Below the pieces are notes generated by a model. The model was not told the DNA's origin. It saw nothing but the letters and a program-made list of their open reading frames with translations, and searched no databases. A DNA stretch of 64,000 nucleotides from Perkinsus olseni (lineage: Eukaryota). Positions 25,112-37,952 of the stretch are shown in pieces (positions within the stretch are counted from its first letter, which is position 1; every line of letters begins with the position of its first letter). The position numbers and the translations under genes were made by a program. Where the stretch lies: assembly GCA_013115125.1 (NCBI GenBank), contig JABANN010000048.1, positions 1 to 64,000 of the forward strand, in the 5' to 3' direction.

Positions 25112-27355
25112 ATGACTTCGCCTGATACGGATGTACCGGTATCTCTCAGCAAAGAGTCTCGGCTCCTGTCGGCAGCATCAGCCTCGCTATCCCCGATGCC
25201 CGAACATATCCGAGAACTGGAGTCTCGGAGACTCGAGGTCAGTGGGCGCCCTAGATGCTTGAGCAAAGCATTATGTGACATGTCCTTCATGGGGTTCAGG
25301 GACTAGCTTCACTCCGAGAGTGGGAAACGGAACGGGAAATCTCGGCAATATCGTGGTCTGGAAGGGTCGAGGAGATACGTAATACGATAAGCTGCCGATG
25401 GGTATCGAGGCAGTGCAGCTTGGTGGCCTAGGTATACAACTTGGGAAGATCATGGAGAACGGGATAAAAGAAACTCATGGTGCTTGTGTTTTCCTTGAGA
25501 ACCGAATCGAGATTGATCTGAAATACGCCCAGGCCCTAGAGGTAATTCATGAGCTCTATCGTCATACGACGATCTCTCGGGCGGTACTTTCGTTTGTCAG
25601 GCTCTTCCGGATGAGCCCAGCAACTGGAATGAGTACTCGGGACGAACCGGAAAGCTGTTGCATGATTTTAATGAAGCGACACAAACGACTCTCATCGACA
25701 AGGGCCTGAAAGAAGTAGAGGTTGAATATAAAGGAAGAATGGTGATAAACCGGGCAGTTGCTATTGCAGACTCTAGCAATATGACCGCTCCTTTGATTGG
25801 GTAGGGAATTCAGAGTATTTTAGGAAGAAATTTTGAGGAGTCTTGATGGCGTTGTCGAGGAGTGCCAATCGGCTGAAGAGGCTGTAGCCGAGGCATGGAA
25901 GCAGCATGAGGGACTCTTCATGTCGCGCTTCACACATGGTGCTGGAGCCAGTGCAACTGATCGGTGGTCCAGTGAGCGGAACTACAGGGAGGCTGTCAGT
26001 GCAGCAGCACAGCGGAGGAGTATGGTCGAGGGTTATCTCGTCTCGTCAGTGGCCATAGCAAACAAAGCTGAGGCGTGGCGTGAACAGGTATTAGCTATTC
26101 GGGAGTGTCGGAGAGTCATGCGCGTTATCAGAATTGCTGGCTCAGAACACCACCTCGGTCGTGCGACATTGGCTTACCAAGCAGTATCAACTCTGGTTGC
26201 ACGTCAGTTCTGCAGCGCAAGATCAGCAACGAGTTCTCACCGAGGAACTCACTGAAGCCGCTTTGTCTGCGACAGGTAGTCCTCATTCCTGTGGTCCCCT
26301 ACTGGTGGCAGGTTCTGTCCCGCATCAGGTCAGGTTGATTCGGTAGCTGCATTGAGGATATCTCCGACGAGAAAAGACTCTATCCTGGCATCTCCTCGCG
26401 CGGAGGATTCGACTCGAGAGAAATCTGTGATTGCTACCAGCCCGGAGATGGTTTGCTTGATGCGGATGCTCGGGCCTGCTCCGCCGCCGAGGAGCACAAC
26501 CACGGAAGAGTCTAGGGAAAGATGTATTAATGTGCTACCCTGGGGTTTAACCTGTAGTCGGCCTTCTTGTTTAGCGGCTGAACCTCGTAAAGCCGGGATC
26601 ACGGCTTCGAAAGAGGTAGCCGATAATGATATTACCGAGACATCGCTGATTCATCGGCCCTTTTTCCATAATCTGCGTGAAGATTCTCGAAGGGCCGGAG
26701 GCCGCGATACTTGCCCGCGAACGGGCCTTGTCATACACTCGGCTATAGTCTCAGCGGCACCTAGTAAGATGGGGTACTGCAGTATCACGCTGTCTCTCCT
26801 ACGTGTAATTGTGAAGGTTCAAAAAGCGGCGGATGGTTCAGCGGTGGGCCAAAATGGACGACACAGGAGGTGACGGTGACGGCTGATGCCTATATCTACT
26901 TACAAGCCGAGCACCAGGATGATGCAAAGTTCGAACAGTTCCAATTTTGTCTTCAATGCATGCGCACTACTGTTAGGCCGATGACGGCGTTGTTGACGCA
27001 GTCTACGGTCACCCTCGCCTCTGAAGGAGACTCGGAGATCCTCACGATCAAACCTGTGAAGCAGTCAGGAATGTTCACTTCGGCTCCGAAATCGCTTCAG
27101 TTGAAGTACGTGTCGGGTAACAGTAATGAAGATTGCCAGCATTTCATTGTCTTTAGGTTACCCCTGGATGGACAGCATCTTGGCGGGCGATGGCTAGAGT
27201 TGCTCCACCGCGTACAGTGTCAGGCGAGGAACCGAGAAGAACTGCTTGCGGCTACTGTTGGTCGGAAGTCTTCCAAATCACATCGAGATAGTAATCACCG
27301 AAGTAGCGATGATGGTAACATGGAAGCGCCAGATCACCAGCAGAACAAGGCCTAG
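25112..27355 (+). CDS. Putative FCH/F-BAR plus PH-domain protein; spliced
   Basis: MENGIKETHGACVFLENRIEIDLKYAQALE resembles the FCH motif. C-terminal KSGGWFSGGPKWTTQEVTVTADAYIYL...GRWLELLHRV resembles a PH fold with its terminal Trp helix. Confidence 0.55.
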
Positions 27356-28003
27356 CCGCCGCAGGCTGTGTTCAGTGAATGCGAGGGGCAGGGTTCTCAG
27401 CCTTTCTTTGGAAATCCTGGACTTGAGCATTGCTTGTTTGAGATCAAGGACGATGAGAATATCATCGTGAGATAACTAGATAAGCAGTTGTTCTGATTGT
27501 GCATACTTATATTGCGAACGCTTAGTGTGTCTTCTGCTCATTTACGGTGTCAGCAATCGTTGCTCTGCTGCTTCTGTTCTCCGTTGGATGCTACTGGATG
27601 GAGTTGACTGTTTTCAATGGGCCCTACTCATCGTGAGCGGAGGCTCCGATCCGTGGCAATTGAAGAGCGAGTTGGTCCCGTTTCCTGGGAGGTCCCGGTG
27701 CTTAAGTTCTTGTTTTCTGCCTTAGAGATGTTCCACCACGATGCTAGTGCGAACTTATGCTTCCTGCTACTATCCGTTAACAGGGGCCATCGTCCGATAC
27801 TTCTTCGTAGACACTCTTGGGGAGAAGGGCTTTCGTAGTCGGTCGATCGATGTGAACTTGATTCGTGGCACACCCAGACTGGCGCGAAAACTAGATACAC
27901 GCCCCGATCTGGTGTGGCGTAGTGCTGCCGATGGCCTATGTGTCAAGGACAAGTAAAGCATGCGGAAAGCACGCAGGAGCGAACGGAGACCCACACTCAT
28001 GTA

Positions 28004-28047
28004 GATTACATGAGTTACATGATTAATGATGATTACATGATGTAATC
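28004..28047. repeat. TTACATGA micro-repeat with palindrome GATTACAT-G-ATGTAATC
   Basis: TTACATGA starts at 28006, 28015 and 28033; the palindrome spans 28031-28047. It lies upstream of the ankyrin gene. Confidence 0.7.
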
Positions 28048-28309
28048 TGTGCGTAGGACTGGAAGGAACTTCTTGTGTAATCGTATTAAAAACACGGCGG
28101 GCCCCTCAGACACTGCTCCGCATGGAGGCACGGTGGATTGTTACCTACGTACTGCTTCTGATGCATCTGTCCTCTGGTCTAAAAAGAAAGAATCCTCTCA
28201 AGGGATTTCCGGGTGTACTTGAGCATCGTATTCGTCTTCCTCACACCACGCGCTGTGTTCGGTGGATGACTCAACGCGTGCCAGCCCTTGATTTATTGAT
28301 TCTTTGGTT

Positions 28310-31300
28310 ATGGGACTGCTCATCGCGAAGCAGGAGGCAGAACGCCTGGACGTCGAGACGTCGCACAACAAGGCCATGGAGTTCATTCAGATACATCGAC
28401 CAGACTACCTTGGTACGAGCTCGGTCGGTCATCTGCGACTGGTCCTGTTATTGGCAAGTCCTGACTAGTCCTCTATATAAGTGTGTCTCGTGACAGGCAA
28501 TGGGGAGGTGCTTGGTTTAGAAATAGGACCCAGTAAAAGGAAGGGTAGAAAAGGGGCTGGTGGGCTATTCGACATAAGTGCGGATTCGACACCGTCTGAA
28601 TCGGACAGAGGTGAGCTCCTCGCGACGCCACTGGTTCCTCGTGATCTGAGCTATCTACAAATTGCTTAGGTGAAGAAAACGAGGATGATCAAGCCAACGG
28701 TGCGTTTATCAATGCTTGTAAAAAAGGCCGTTACTGGCAAGTTGAGGTGGTGACTGTGTCGATGTCTCGAGCAGCTCCGCTCATCGAAGGCTAGCTGTCC
28801 TTCGCAGTTCCTGGCTCTACGCAACATAGATTTCATCGACACCAGGGACACTCAAGGTTGCACGGGATTATACCGTGCTGCGGAGATGGGTCACGAAAGA
28901 GTCGTCAAGACTCTGGTCAACCGGCATCACGCCTCGGTAGTGGAGCAAATGAGGTGTCCGTAAGCAGTCGGTCGATTTCCATCCATATCTATGGTATTGT
29001 TTGTGTAGTCCAGGGCATCCTTGGGTCGCATTGTGCGCCGCTCTGCTCGCCACGCCAATGAGCAATATGCGAGCAATATCGTCCCAACGTGCTGTGGCAT
29101 CAGGTTGACCTGGCGAACAAGTTCGGGTGGACACCTTTGTTAGCGGCTGTGTTCCACGGGCATGTCCGAGTAATTGAGTCTCTGTTGAAGGCGGGCGCGA
29201 GCGTCGGGCGTAATCCCTGGCTGAGTTCGTACCGTATGTCTATCATTTTATTACCTAGTCAGGTGAGGATCTCTATGGTTGTGGAGTTTTGCATTTCGCT
29301 AGTTCAAGCCCCAAACTTTACATTACAGACTTCGTCAGCCGTAGGGATCGAGCCAAACGGAGAAAGGTTGCAGTTGATACTGATAGATTCCTTTGAGGTG
29401 GTATCAGGTTCGCCAACGCGAGTACGCTAGGCATCTGATGTTCGTCTCCATGAAACAAGCAACACAAAAAGTAGGCTTTAAGCAGTATACGTCTCGCTGC
29501 TATTGTCGCTCGAGATTGCGGCGCTCCCGTCTTGCAGGCGGCAGACGCAGATGCTGAAGCTAAGGCTCGGCTGCCGAAGAAGCGCCGGGGACGATGGACC
29601 AAAGCAGCCATTCACAAAGTGAGGCTTATTTACGTCACTGGCGCAGCGAGTGCGCAGGTTCAAGAGATCCGGGAGAGGATTATTCTTGGTGATGATGCGG
29701 GTACAAGCATTGGAGCCAAGGATGGCCACTTGAACCAGCTACGTGACCTGGCGGTACGGCCTCAGGGGACTCGACCTCAGAGCTCATGCTCGCCATTTCG
29801 TTCAGGAGAGGGAGAAGCAGAGAACGCAATCCCAAGGCGCCGGATCGCGCCGTTCGGGGCCGTCATCTTCGAACTCTCGCCCAGAGACGGCGGAAGTAGA
29901 GCGCTCGATTCCGAAGTTTGCAGACCTCTAATCTTGCCAGACACCTCTGCATGATCTCTTTGCTGATATGGCAAATTTATCTACAGAACAACAAGCCCGG
30001 CAGCTATGGGTCTATTACCCTAACAGGATAGAACTCATCGTGGTTGACAGGCTCATTACACTAGGGAGGTTCGGTCGCCGGTAATACGGTACAGTATACT
30101 ACTGCAAGAGTATGATGATCGCCTTTCATCACACCTCAGGCAGAAGGTATCGAAGAGAGACTTCATCGATAAAGTAGACAAGAAAGGCAGAACTCCGCTC
30201 TCTTACGCGGCCACCTATGGGCACGAGTAAGCTTCGTGGCATGGTGGCCTACCGGAAGCATCCCTTCGTAACCCGTTTCCTTCCAGCACTCCCCTCCGCA
30301 GGTATATCGCGTCTAGATTGCTGTATGAAGGTGCACAAATAGACTCGATGGACCGACAAGGGAGAACTCCGCTCATGCATGCTGTTTCGAATCAGCATCT
30401 TGGAGTGAGTACAGAACTCATAGTAGTACGATAGTTGTTGCTTATTGGCACCTATGTGGATGTGGACCTTGGATAGAGGGTCAAGTTCCACCTCTCGAGT
30501 GACAGGTTGTTGAGGTCCTGTTGAACAGCAAGGCCGATGTCAACGCGAGCGACATCACCTTCAAGTCGCCCTTGCACCTAGCTCTGGAGACTAAGAACTC
30601 CACCATGGTATTACCTGGTATTACTTGAATACTGTGATATGAGTGTGTGCAGGCTGAGGTACTCCTTTCTTACGGTGCCGATGTCAATGCATTTGATGCA
30701 TCTGGTAAAACTCCGCTGATGATCGCCATGGACCAGAAGGCGAGCGCACTGTTCAATCAGGTGAGGAGGTGGGCAACTTGGATTGTATCATTCGGCGTGA
30801 GGCAGGTCTTGCTCTATAATCCAAGCCTAGACGCTCTTGATGAGAGAGGATGGAATGTCCTCATTTATGCAGTGAGGAGTAACTTGCTGGAAGCTCTTTC
30901 ACCTGTCTTCAAACGTCTGTCCCAAGAAGAGATAAAATCAGTCACTCGGTAAGCAAATTGCAAGAAGGCCGGATCATCGCCACGCTTTGTGGCTGTAGGT
31001 GGCAAGACCCCAGAGGTTATGTTGCTCTTCACCATGCCGTCGAGATGGGCAAGCTCGAGGAAGTTAACACGCTGCGGAACATGGATCCGGAGACGGTGAG
31101 TGTGCTCGCTGAGCGAACTTCGAAGTTCGCCGAAGTTCGGACTTCTCGAGCGAACTTCGCTCGAGATTGAATATGACGATTTCATGGGTCACAGGTTCTA
31201 CTAACTGACTGCTTGGGCAACACCCCGCTCCATGTGGCAGCTATTTGTGGGAATATGGAGATTCTTAATTCTCTCGCTACTCACGTTGATGATTTGGACA

Positions 31301-33759
31301 TCCAGAATAGCATGGGTGGGTCCTTCTTGTACTGTGAACCACGAAGACTTACCAGGTGAGAGTCCTCTTCAATGTGCGGCTCATAGCGGCCACATAGCAT
31401 GTGTGGTCGCCCTACTCTCACCCCAGCGTCACTTACTCCCAGCCAATGCTGATCATATAGACTCTCGAGGTAGAGGGCGCTGGAAAGGTTGCATTGTCAG
31501 CCGACGCGGGATTGGAGTTCTCTCGTAGGCAAGACACTCCTCATGCATGCTTGCAACAGCGGAAGCACAGCCTTAGTACGTATGATACTTCTGAATGCAT
31601 CCTCGACCAATAGGAACGTCGCCTTTGGACAGGCTAAGGTACTCGGAGGCATTCTATGAGAATTTCCCTCTACTTCTGTAACGGTAGGTGAATGCGCAAG
31701 ACGCTAAGGGTGTCACAGCACTCATGGTTGCTTGCATGGAGGGCTCCTGGGCTCTCATTTCTCCACTCGCCCTTGCTGGTGCCAATATATTGTCTACCGT
31801 AATGGCGCCGTTCTCGACCGTAACTGTAACTTGAATTTGGATCAGGACAACGATGGATGGGCAGCACTACACTTCGCCTGTGATGCCGGTGAAGTATTGT
31901 GTGCATCATCTGTTCTGGACTTGGGTGAAGCGCTCACCGGCCGAAGACATGGATCTACATTGCGAGGCCGTAGGTGCTGAAGGCAGTGATTTTATCTAAA
32001 GCTCGCTCGGTCGGCAGTTCCCTTGTGTATCGATGCGGTACTTAACCAGAGGGATAAGCAGGGATGGACTCCCCTGATGCATGCCGCTTCTAAAGGATAC
32101 ATAGACTGCGTGCAGGTCAGCCAGCGGCCGGAATCCTCAATGGCTATCGTTTCTTCAGATGCTCCTCGACCGTAGGGCTGATGTTAACGTAAAAGCGTAC
32201 AGTGGGCATAATGCCCTGGCTATCGCCAAGTCATCTCACCACGATGTTGTTATCGAGGCTCTTGTGGACACTATCCGCTGCAGGTAATGACTCGGTGGTG
32301 TTAAGGATGCCGGCATCGGCTATCAACTCTGCATGCTCAGGTCGGGAGAGCTAGTAACGGGTGGCGCAATCTGTCGCGGTGTTCGCTCGCCAGACTCCCG
32401 GGAAAAGGATGGGGTACAGAAGGTTCTGAGGCTGGGCAGACGCAGTGCCTTCACGGGCGAAGATACTATCGAGGAACCTTGCAGATACCCAACGCCTACG
32501 GGCATTTCATGATAACTATCCTACAGGCATGTGACCTTTTTGTTGAAGGAATATCCGGTGATCGTCTCAACGTGTACGATGAGCGGATTGCATAAGTTAC
32601 CTTGAATCAGCTGCTGCATATCAGGTATGCATGTATGCTATTCTGCCCTTCTCGTGCTGGTGGGATAAGCATCGCTACTACCAGTTGCTGCGTCAAACCT
32701 TACGGCGGGGCCAACTCGCATTCCCGACAGCACCCGTCTATTATGGCCAAAGCGCAAGGCTTTATGGGTGGAAAGGCTACCGCCCCAGTGCCCTCTCCAG
32801 GAGCAGCTACCCTGAATGGCGTAGCATCGTGGCACGAAACATTCAGGTGGCATTCTCCACACCCATCCCGTGTGCTTCAAGCTCATCTTAGATTCGATAC
32901 GCGATACATCGATCACGACGGCTGGCTTACGGTAGAGCTGTACGCCGTTGATGCTAGCGATCCAGCTAACCTCACCTTCGACGGTGTCGTAGGTCTTTCC
33001 GATGAGTATATACAACAACTGTCGTTTTCGGTTGTTATTGTGAATCCCAATCCCAGAGTGAAGATCCATCATGACCTCGCTGTCAATGATCAATTCGCGA
33101 AGGTCCCGCCAGAGAAGCGGGTGGAGGCCATCACGACACAGGTGGATTCTTGAGAAGCTATCGCCACATCATCGCCTTTCAGTCAACTCGGAGTAACCGT
33201 GTGGATGATTCGGAGGGACATGGGGATGGTGTACGAAAGGCCTCGAGTGCGGAGCAGACCATGGTACTGATCACCGCGGACACAGCTGCTTCGCATGTGG
33301 TCGGTGACAGGCTGATAGTATGATGAACAGACGGAGGCTGGCAATGTTGAACGCTAGGCTTCAACTCTCCCTGGGGAAGCTTGCCGATGTCCCGGAGAAC
33401 CCGATACCAGCCGATCAGGGCCACATTCCGCTAGTAAGTGGCTTGCACCGCGTTGCGTATCGGGAGTCAGTCGGTGGGTTCAGGGTTTCGTGTTTTTACC
33501 ATTTGCGCATTTGCGAGAAGCAACACTCTCGGCTAACCCCGTGAGGATTGACCGCCCGTTGAGAGCAAACGTCCGAGGACGAGTAGCCTTCGACCTTGAT
33601 TTTCGGTGAGACGGTCCAGGGATGACACACGGTGAGCAGCCTAGTTTCAGACCCCGCCTATGGTCATCGGCGACAGACCGGCTGCGCGAGCTGGACGACC
33701 CTTACTTTGCTAGTCAGGGTGTGGTGTCCATGCGCGCAGCAGCTCTCGATGTACCCTAG
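28310..33759 (+). CDS. Large ankyrin-repeat protein with C-terminal C2-like domain; heavily spliced
   Basis: More than ten ankyrin motifs (GWTPLLAAVFHGH, GRTPLSYAATYGH, GRTPLMHA, GKTPLMIA, GNTPLHVAAICGN, GESPLQCAAHSGH, GWAALHFACDAG, GWTPLMHAASKGY). C2-like GHFMITILQACDL...WHETFRF...WLTVELY...LGFVFLPF. Candidate start MGLLIAKQ at 28310. Confidence 0.85.
31113..31166. repeat. Cluster of perfect short palindromes inside an enlarged intron
   Basis: GCGAACTTC|GAAGTTCGC (31113-31130), CGAAGTTCG (31131-31139) and TCTCGAGCGAA-C-TTCGCTCGAGA (31144-31166). Confidence 0.85.
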
Positions 33760-33838
33760 TCGGGCTCGATTAGTTGTGAACTATTCGTGCAACCCAAACT
33801 GATCTACTTTTCTGGCTCTTTGGGTGTATTTGACTTAT

Positions 33839-34430
33839 TCAGGGACGACTACCAACTCCTCGACCAGAACATGTCGCATCGAGTGACCATTTCGGTTCTT
33901 TGGACAATCCTTCAGTAAGGCAGGCGGCTTTGCGGGTAACCCAAGATAAAAGGTCGTTGTAGGTTACTACCATTCCGTGGGGGACCCTCCACAATCCCCC
34001 AAATGCGGCAGGGGGGGCCTCTAAGGCTGCGCGTTCCGCCATTTCCAGTATGAGTCCGCACTCGTCTCCTCACAGTATAAATGAACCTAAAAGGCATGTC
34101 TCTATCACTGGAGTGAAGTCAGCATGGAGTGATGTCGCAGGTGGGTATGGGACCCTGAGGGGCGTAGCCTCCTCATCTGAGCGGTCAAAATGCTGCTTAA
34201 CTGGTAGGTTCTAGGCGCAGTATCATACGACGGTTAGCAAGCATGCAGAAGTCTGTGGGCAAATATTTCCTGAGGAAAGGCAACTCTGATGTCAGAAACA
34301 CGAACGCAGGGAAAAAGTACTATTAGCCGCTTCCACTGTACCCCTCCACCTGTTGCTGATAGGCATGCAGGGGATAGTTTGGAGGAACTAGAGAGAGCCC
34401 GGAAGGCCAAACGTGCTACCATATACGCCA
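33839..34430 (-). CDS. Small spliced hypothetical protein, possibly mitochondrial
   Basis: Start MAYMVARLAFRALSSSSKL is presequence-like. A plausible spliced continuation is YFFPAFVFLTSELPFLRKYLPTDF..KQHFDRSDEEATPLR. The 3' end is ambiguous. Confidence 0.35.
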
Positions 34431-34755
34431 TAAAGGATGCATTCCACCCGAAAACGGCGGGATAGGAAGGTTGCACGCCAAAATCGAGGAATCCTTGATT
34501 TTGGAAGGCATGATAATTGAGTCGAATATTCAATGATGCAACATATTTCGAAGATGTTGAATGCAGTGGTGTGCGATACTTTCCCTGAGATGGCAGTTGC
34601 GTTAGGTGTTCTCCGCTGAGGTTTCGGGTGGAATAATGGTTTCGTTGAGTCTCCCGCAAGCGAGTGATGGAATAATACACGCGTTTTTTATCTCTTGTCG
34701 CGTTTCCCGGACTTTGTTGAGCCAGTTAGGGCGCACTTGGATACCCTTCACGTGG

Positions 34756-37441
34756 ATGAACAACGCTCATGTCACACCTCGGCGTTCTACCCGTACTAGA
34801 GGCGGTAGCCTCTCCCCAACAAGAACCCGAGAAGAAGACCACGGTGTAGCTGGAAAAGACACAGCAGGAACGGAGGGGGAGGCTGGTTTGTCGAACAATG
34901 GCCGGGAGGCAGATGGCCCCGAGCATCATCCTTCATTCATGCCACCATGGATGAACGTGGATGACCTGCCTGATATACTTGGAGACAAAGCCATTTGCGA
35001 ATCATGCCGTCTGAGCTTCCGTGAGTCCATAAGTCATGTCTCTCCTTACGGTTAAGACTGTCAGAGTCCCTCAGGTCTCACTTCCAACGTCTATATTGTC
35101 TGCGCCGAGTGCCCAAAGGAAGCTGGCAGAGTATGCCTCTGTGTTAAGTGCTTCGCTAATGGGGTTGAGTTCGGCAATCACTTGAGAACTCACAAGTACA
35201 TCAGGACCCTGCCCCAGGTGCATTTCGAACTCTATCTCGGCGAGGTACTTTGTCGTCCCTCGGATCGGGCATGATAATCGAGGAAAGCAACATGCTGGGG
35301 CTTCTGCCGCAACAACAGGGCTAAGCAGCAGTAGTAGCAGCAGCCCGGCCAGCATACGGCAGCGTGACTCACAAGACTCTACTCTTCCTCCGAAGAGCCC
35401 CAAGGTCCCTGGTATTCAGCTCTGACCGTTTTTCTCAGCGAGGATGTGCTGAAACGCAGGTGGCGTTCCCCCGGTGAGTGGTGGCACTGTGCCTCACCTA
35501 AGGCTTAAGTTGAACAAGCGTGAAATCGTGGGACTCATGGGTGTCACCGGGGGTTCTGGAAAAGCCGGGAAGTAGGCGGAAGAGGCTTAATAATGTATCT
35601 ACCAATTCTTCTCCCCAGGCACCCTCTGCACCTAGAAAGAATCATTCATCAATGCGCTCAGATTGGCGGTGCAAATTTGCGACATATTTCCGAGGGGCAG
35701 GTCGAGAAATGCATTAACAATATTTCTAATTAGTACTGGATTGGAGGATTTACGAATACGAGTATACCTGTCTCCATTGCATTAGTTTCAATGCGACGAT
35801 GCAGCATAAGTTTCCATCTTCTCCGAGCCCCACTCCTAGGGACAGTGACCCAGAGGTTGTTACCACTGGTAGTGATGATGGGCGAAATATGTACTCTCTG
35901 TTTCCCCCTGTGTGCCTAGGTGACCACTCGCCAGCTGCAAGTGACACGAACAGCTTTCCCGGTCCCTCGAGCCCGGAAGGGAAGGTCACATCTCCCTCTC
36001 CCGAGCCAGGTGCCGTTTCGCCACGAATTCGGATTCTCCACGGTATGGATCGTTACTTCAGATCCACTAACGAACCAAGCAACCCTGACGGTGGTTCCTC
36101 ACTTGCCTGGTGGGCGCGGTAAGATCAAAGATATACCTGACATTAATGAATTTCTAAAGTAAAAAACTGGGGTAGGTGAGTTCTCTTCGAGTCGTTCTCT
36201 CAGATGCAGCGTGTACAGAGATGAGTTCGAAAACGACTGGAATCCCGACGCGGAGAGTTTAGTAGCGGAGCTGCTTAGCGAGAATCAAACCGACAAGCTA
36301 CCCGATATGAACGACCCGGAGACTGCAAAACACGGCCGGATCATGATGGCCTACCATCAGCTGGTGCGGGGAACATTGCGGCGGTTAATTTGGAGTGGAA
36401 CTCGTAGCTGTGATTTCTGCAGGTGACTGAAAGAGAACGGAGGAAGATTCTGCTCGTTCACCCACACGACCGCCCGAGCTTCATTTATAATATCGGAGCC
36501 AACTTTGGGGAGTATCAGTCTTCGTGCAAGAGGCGTAAAACCGACGAAAAGGTGATGCGGACAACGTCGTCGTTGTCGAAGAAAGCATTCGTCATTATAG
36601 CTGATCTTCGAGCGTCTCAAAATCTTCGCGCCAGCCATTGATGAGACTGCGGATGAGGTTTTGAGCCGGATGGCGAGTGGTTTGAGTCACGAGTTTAGAT
36701 TGCGTGAGGTAGGCGTCTATCATCTATAGCATCAATCTCGGACAAACACACGTTTTCTACAGGAGATGGATAACCGTACAGATCGACGGCTCCGGGGATG
36801 TGGGGACGAGAAGGAGTATCAAAGATACCTCCACGTCGAGAAGGTCCGCCGAGACACCATGAAGTAACGTATCTTCAGGGGCAGCTTTGCCGCCTCCACG
36901 ATCACCTCAGGAGATGTGGTGCGAGTTCTGCGTATGTCTACACAGACAATGCTGCCCTTTCAAGATCGCAAATGTCACCTCTGGATGGAGGGAGCGTTTC
37001 TGCGAACTGGTATTCTCGGCCCTCGTTCGATCGTACTTCAAGAGTCCGTGCTTCTTTCAGGACGGCGAGTGCTCTTCCTTACTACGACCAGCTACCGACC
37101 GCCGATAGGTCCAAGTGCGAAAGCCTAGGTATAGCTCCAATGCACTTTGAAGCAGTCCAGGCCTTACTCACAGACATTGTTCAACGCATGCCGCCAGGGT
37201 AGGGTTGTGCTTGGGAAATCATGCGCCCAAAATTGATGAGGCTTGAACTGAACGAGTCAGGGTTCTGCTTACCAGTCGTTTTAACTCAAGTTATGGTATT
37301 ATTGGCTTTGGTAGGAGTCCTCGACTCAAACCGGACGATGTTTTGGATCTGATTGATGATAGAATTATCGGTGCTATATCGAGGCAGCACCAGAATACGT
37401 GGCATCGGAGCGATGTAGGAATCCCTATCAAGATACCTTGA
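34756..37441 (+). CDS. ADA2: Transcriptional adaptor ADA2-like (ZZ zinc finger, ADA box, SWIRM-like C-terminus); spliced
   Basis: ZZ finger CESC...CAEC...CLCVKCFANGVEFGNHLRTHKY, ADA box YRDEFENDWNPDAESLVAEL, AYHQLVTERERRK, and SWIRM-like LPYYDQLPTADRSKCESLGIAPMHF. The 3' end is approximate. Confidence 0.8.
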
Positions 37442-37952
37442 GCGATAATAAAGCCCTTGTCAGGCCGAACATCTGAAGCGTATGAGGAAAAAGAAACAAG
37501 ATTTGGTTGTGCATATACTGCATCGGCTATATTCACCTCGACCACCATAGGTTTCATCATTCTACATCGAATGCTCGTATTGAGTTGGTTGAACAAGAGT
37601 CTAGTCTTTGGATTGGCGAAACACACATGATGTGTGACACATCCCCGGGGGCGCTGATCGACCAACCCTATCAGCGTTGTTACTTGCCTGTTACGCCGTG
37701 TTGGAGCAAAGCGGCTGATAGTTCTGGCTGAATGCAGGGAGAAGGCTCAGAAAGCATCCCTTTCCCTTTTGGGGTGATTACAGGGGCAGTTCGTAGCTTA
37801 TAGCTAGTAGAGTGTCTCACAGCAACATCATGTGACTTGGCCACGCCAAATTCGCCTTCACATACGAAATACTGCATCTCGAATGCAGCATACTAACTTA
37901 ATTCAAGAAACACGACATACGTTGGAAACTCCTCTACCGCGTTGTGACAATC

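Noticed and set aside
27400-28000. Several overlapping short ORFs on both strands
   Set aside because: No consistent exon chain or motif could be built.
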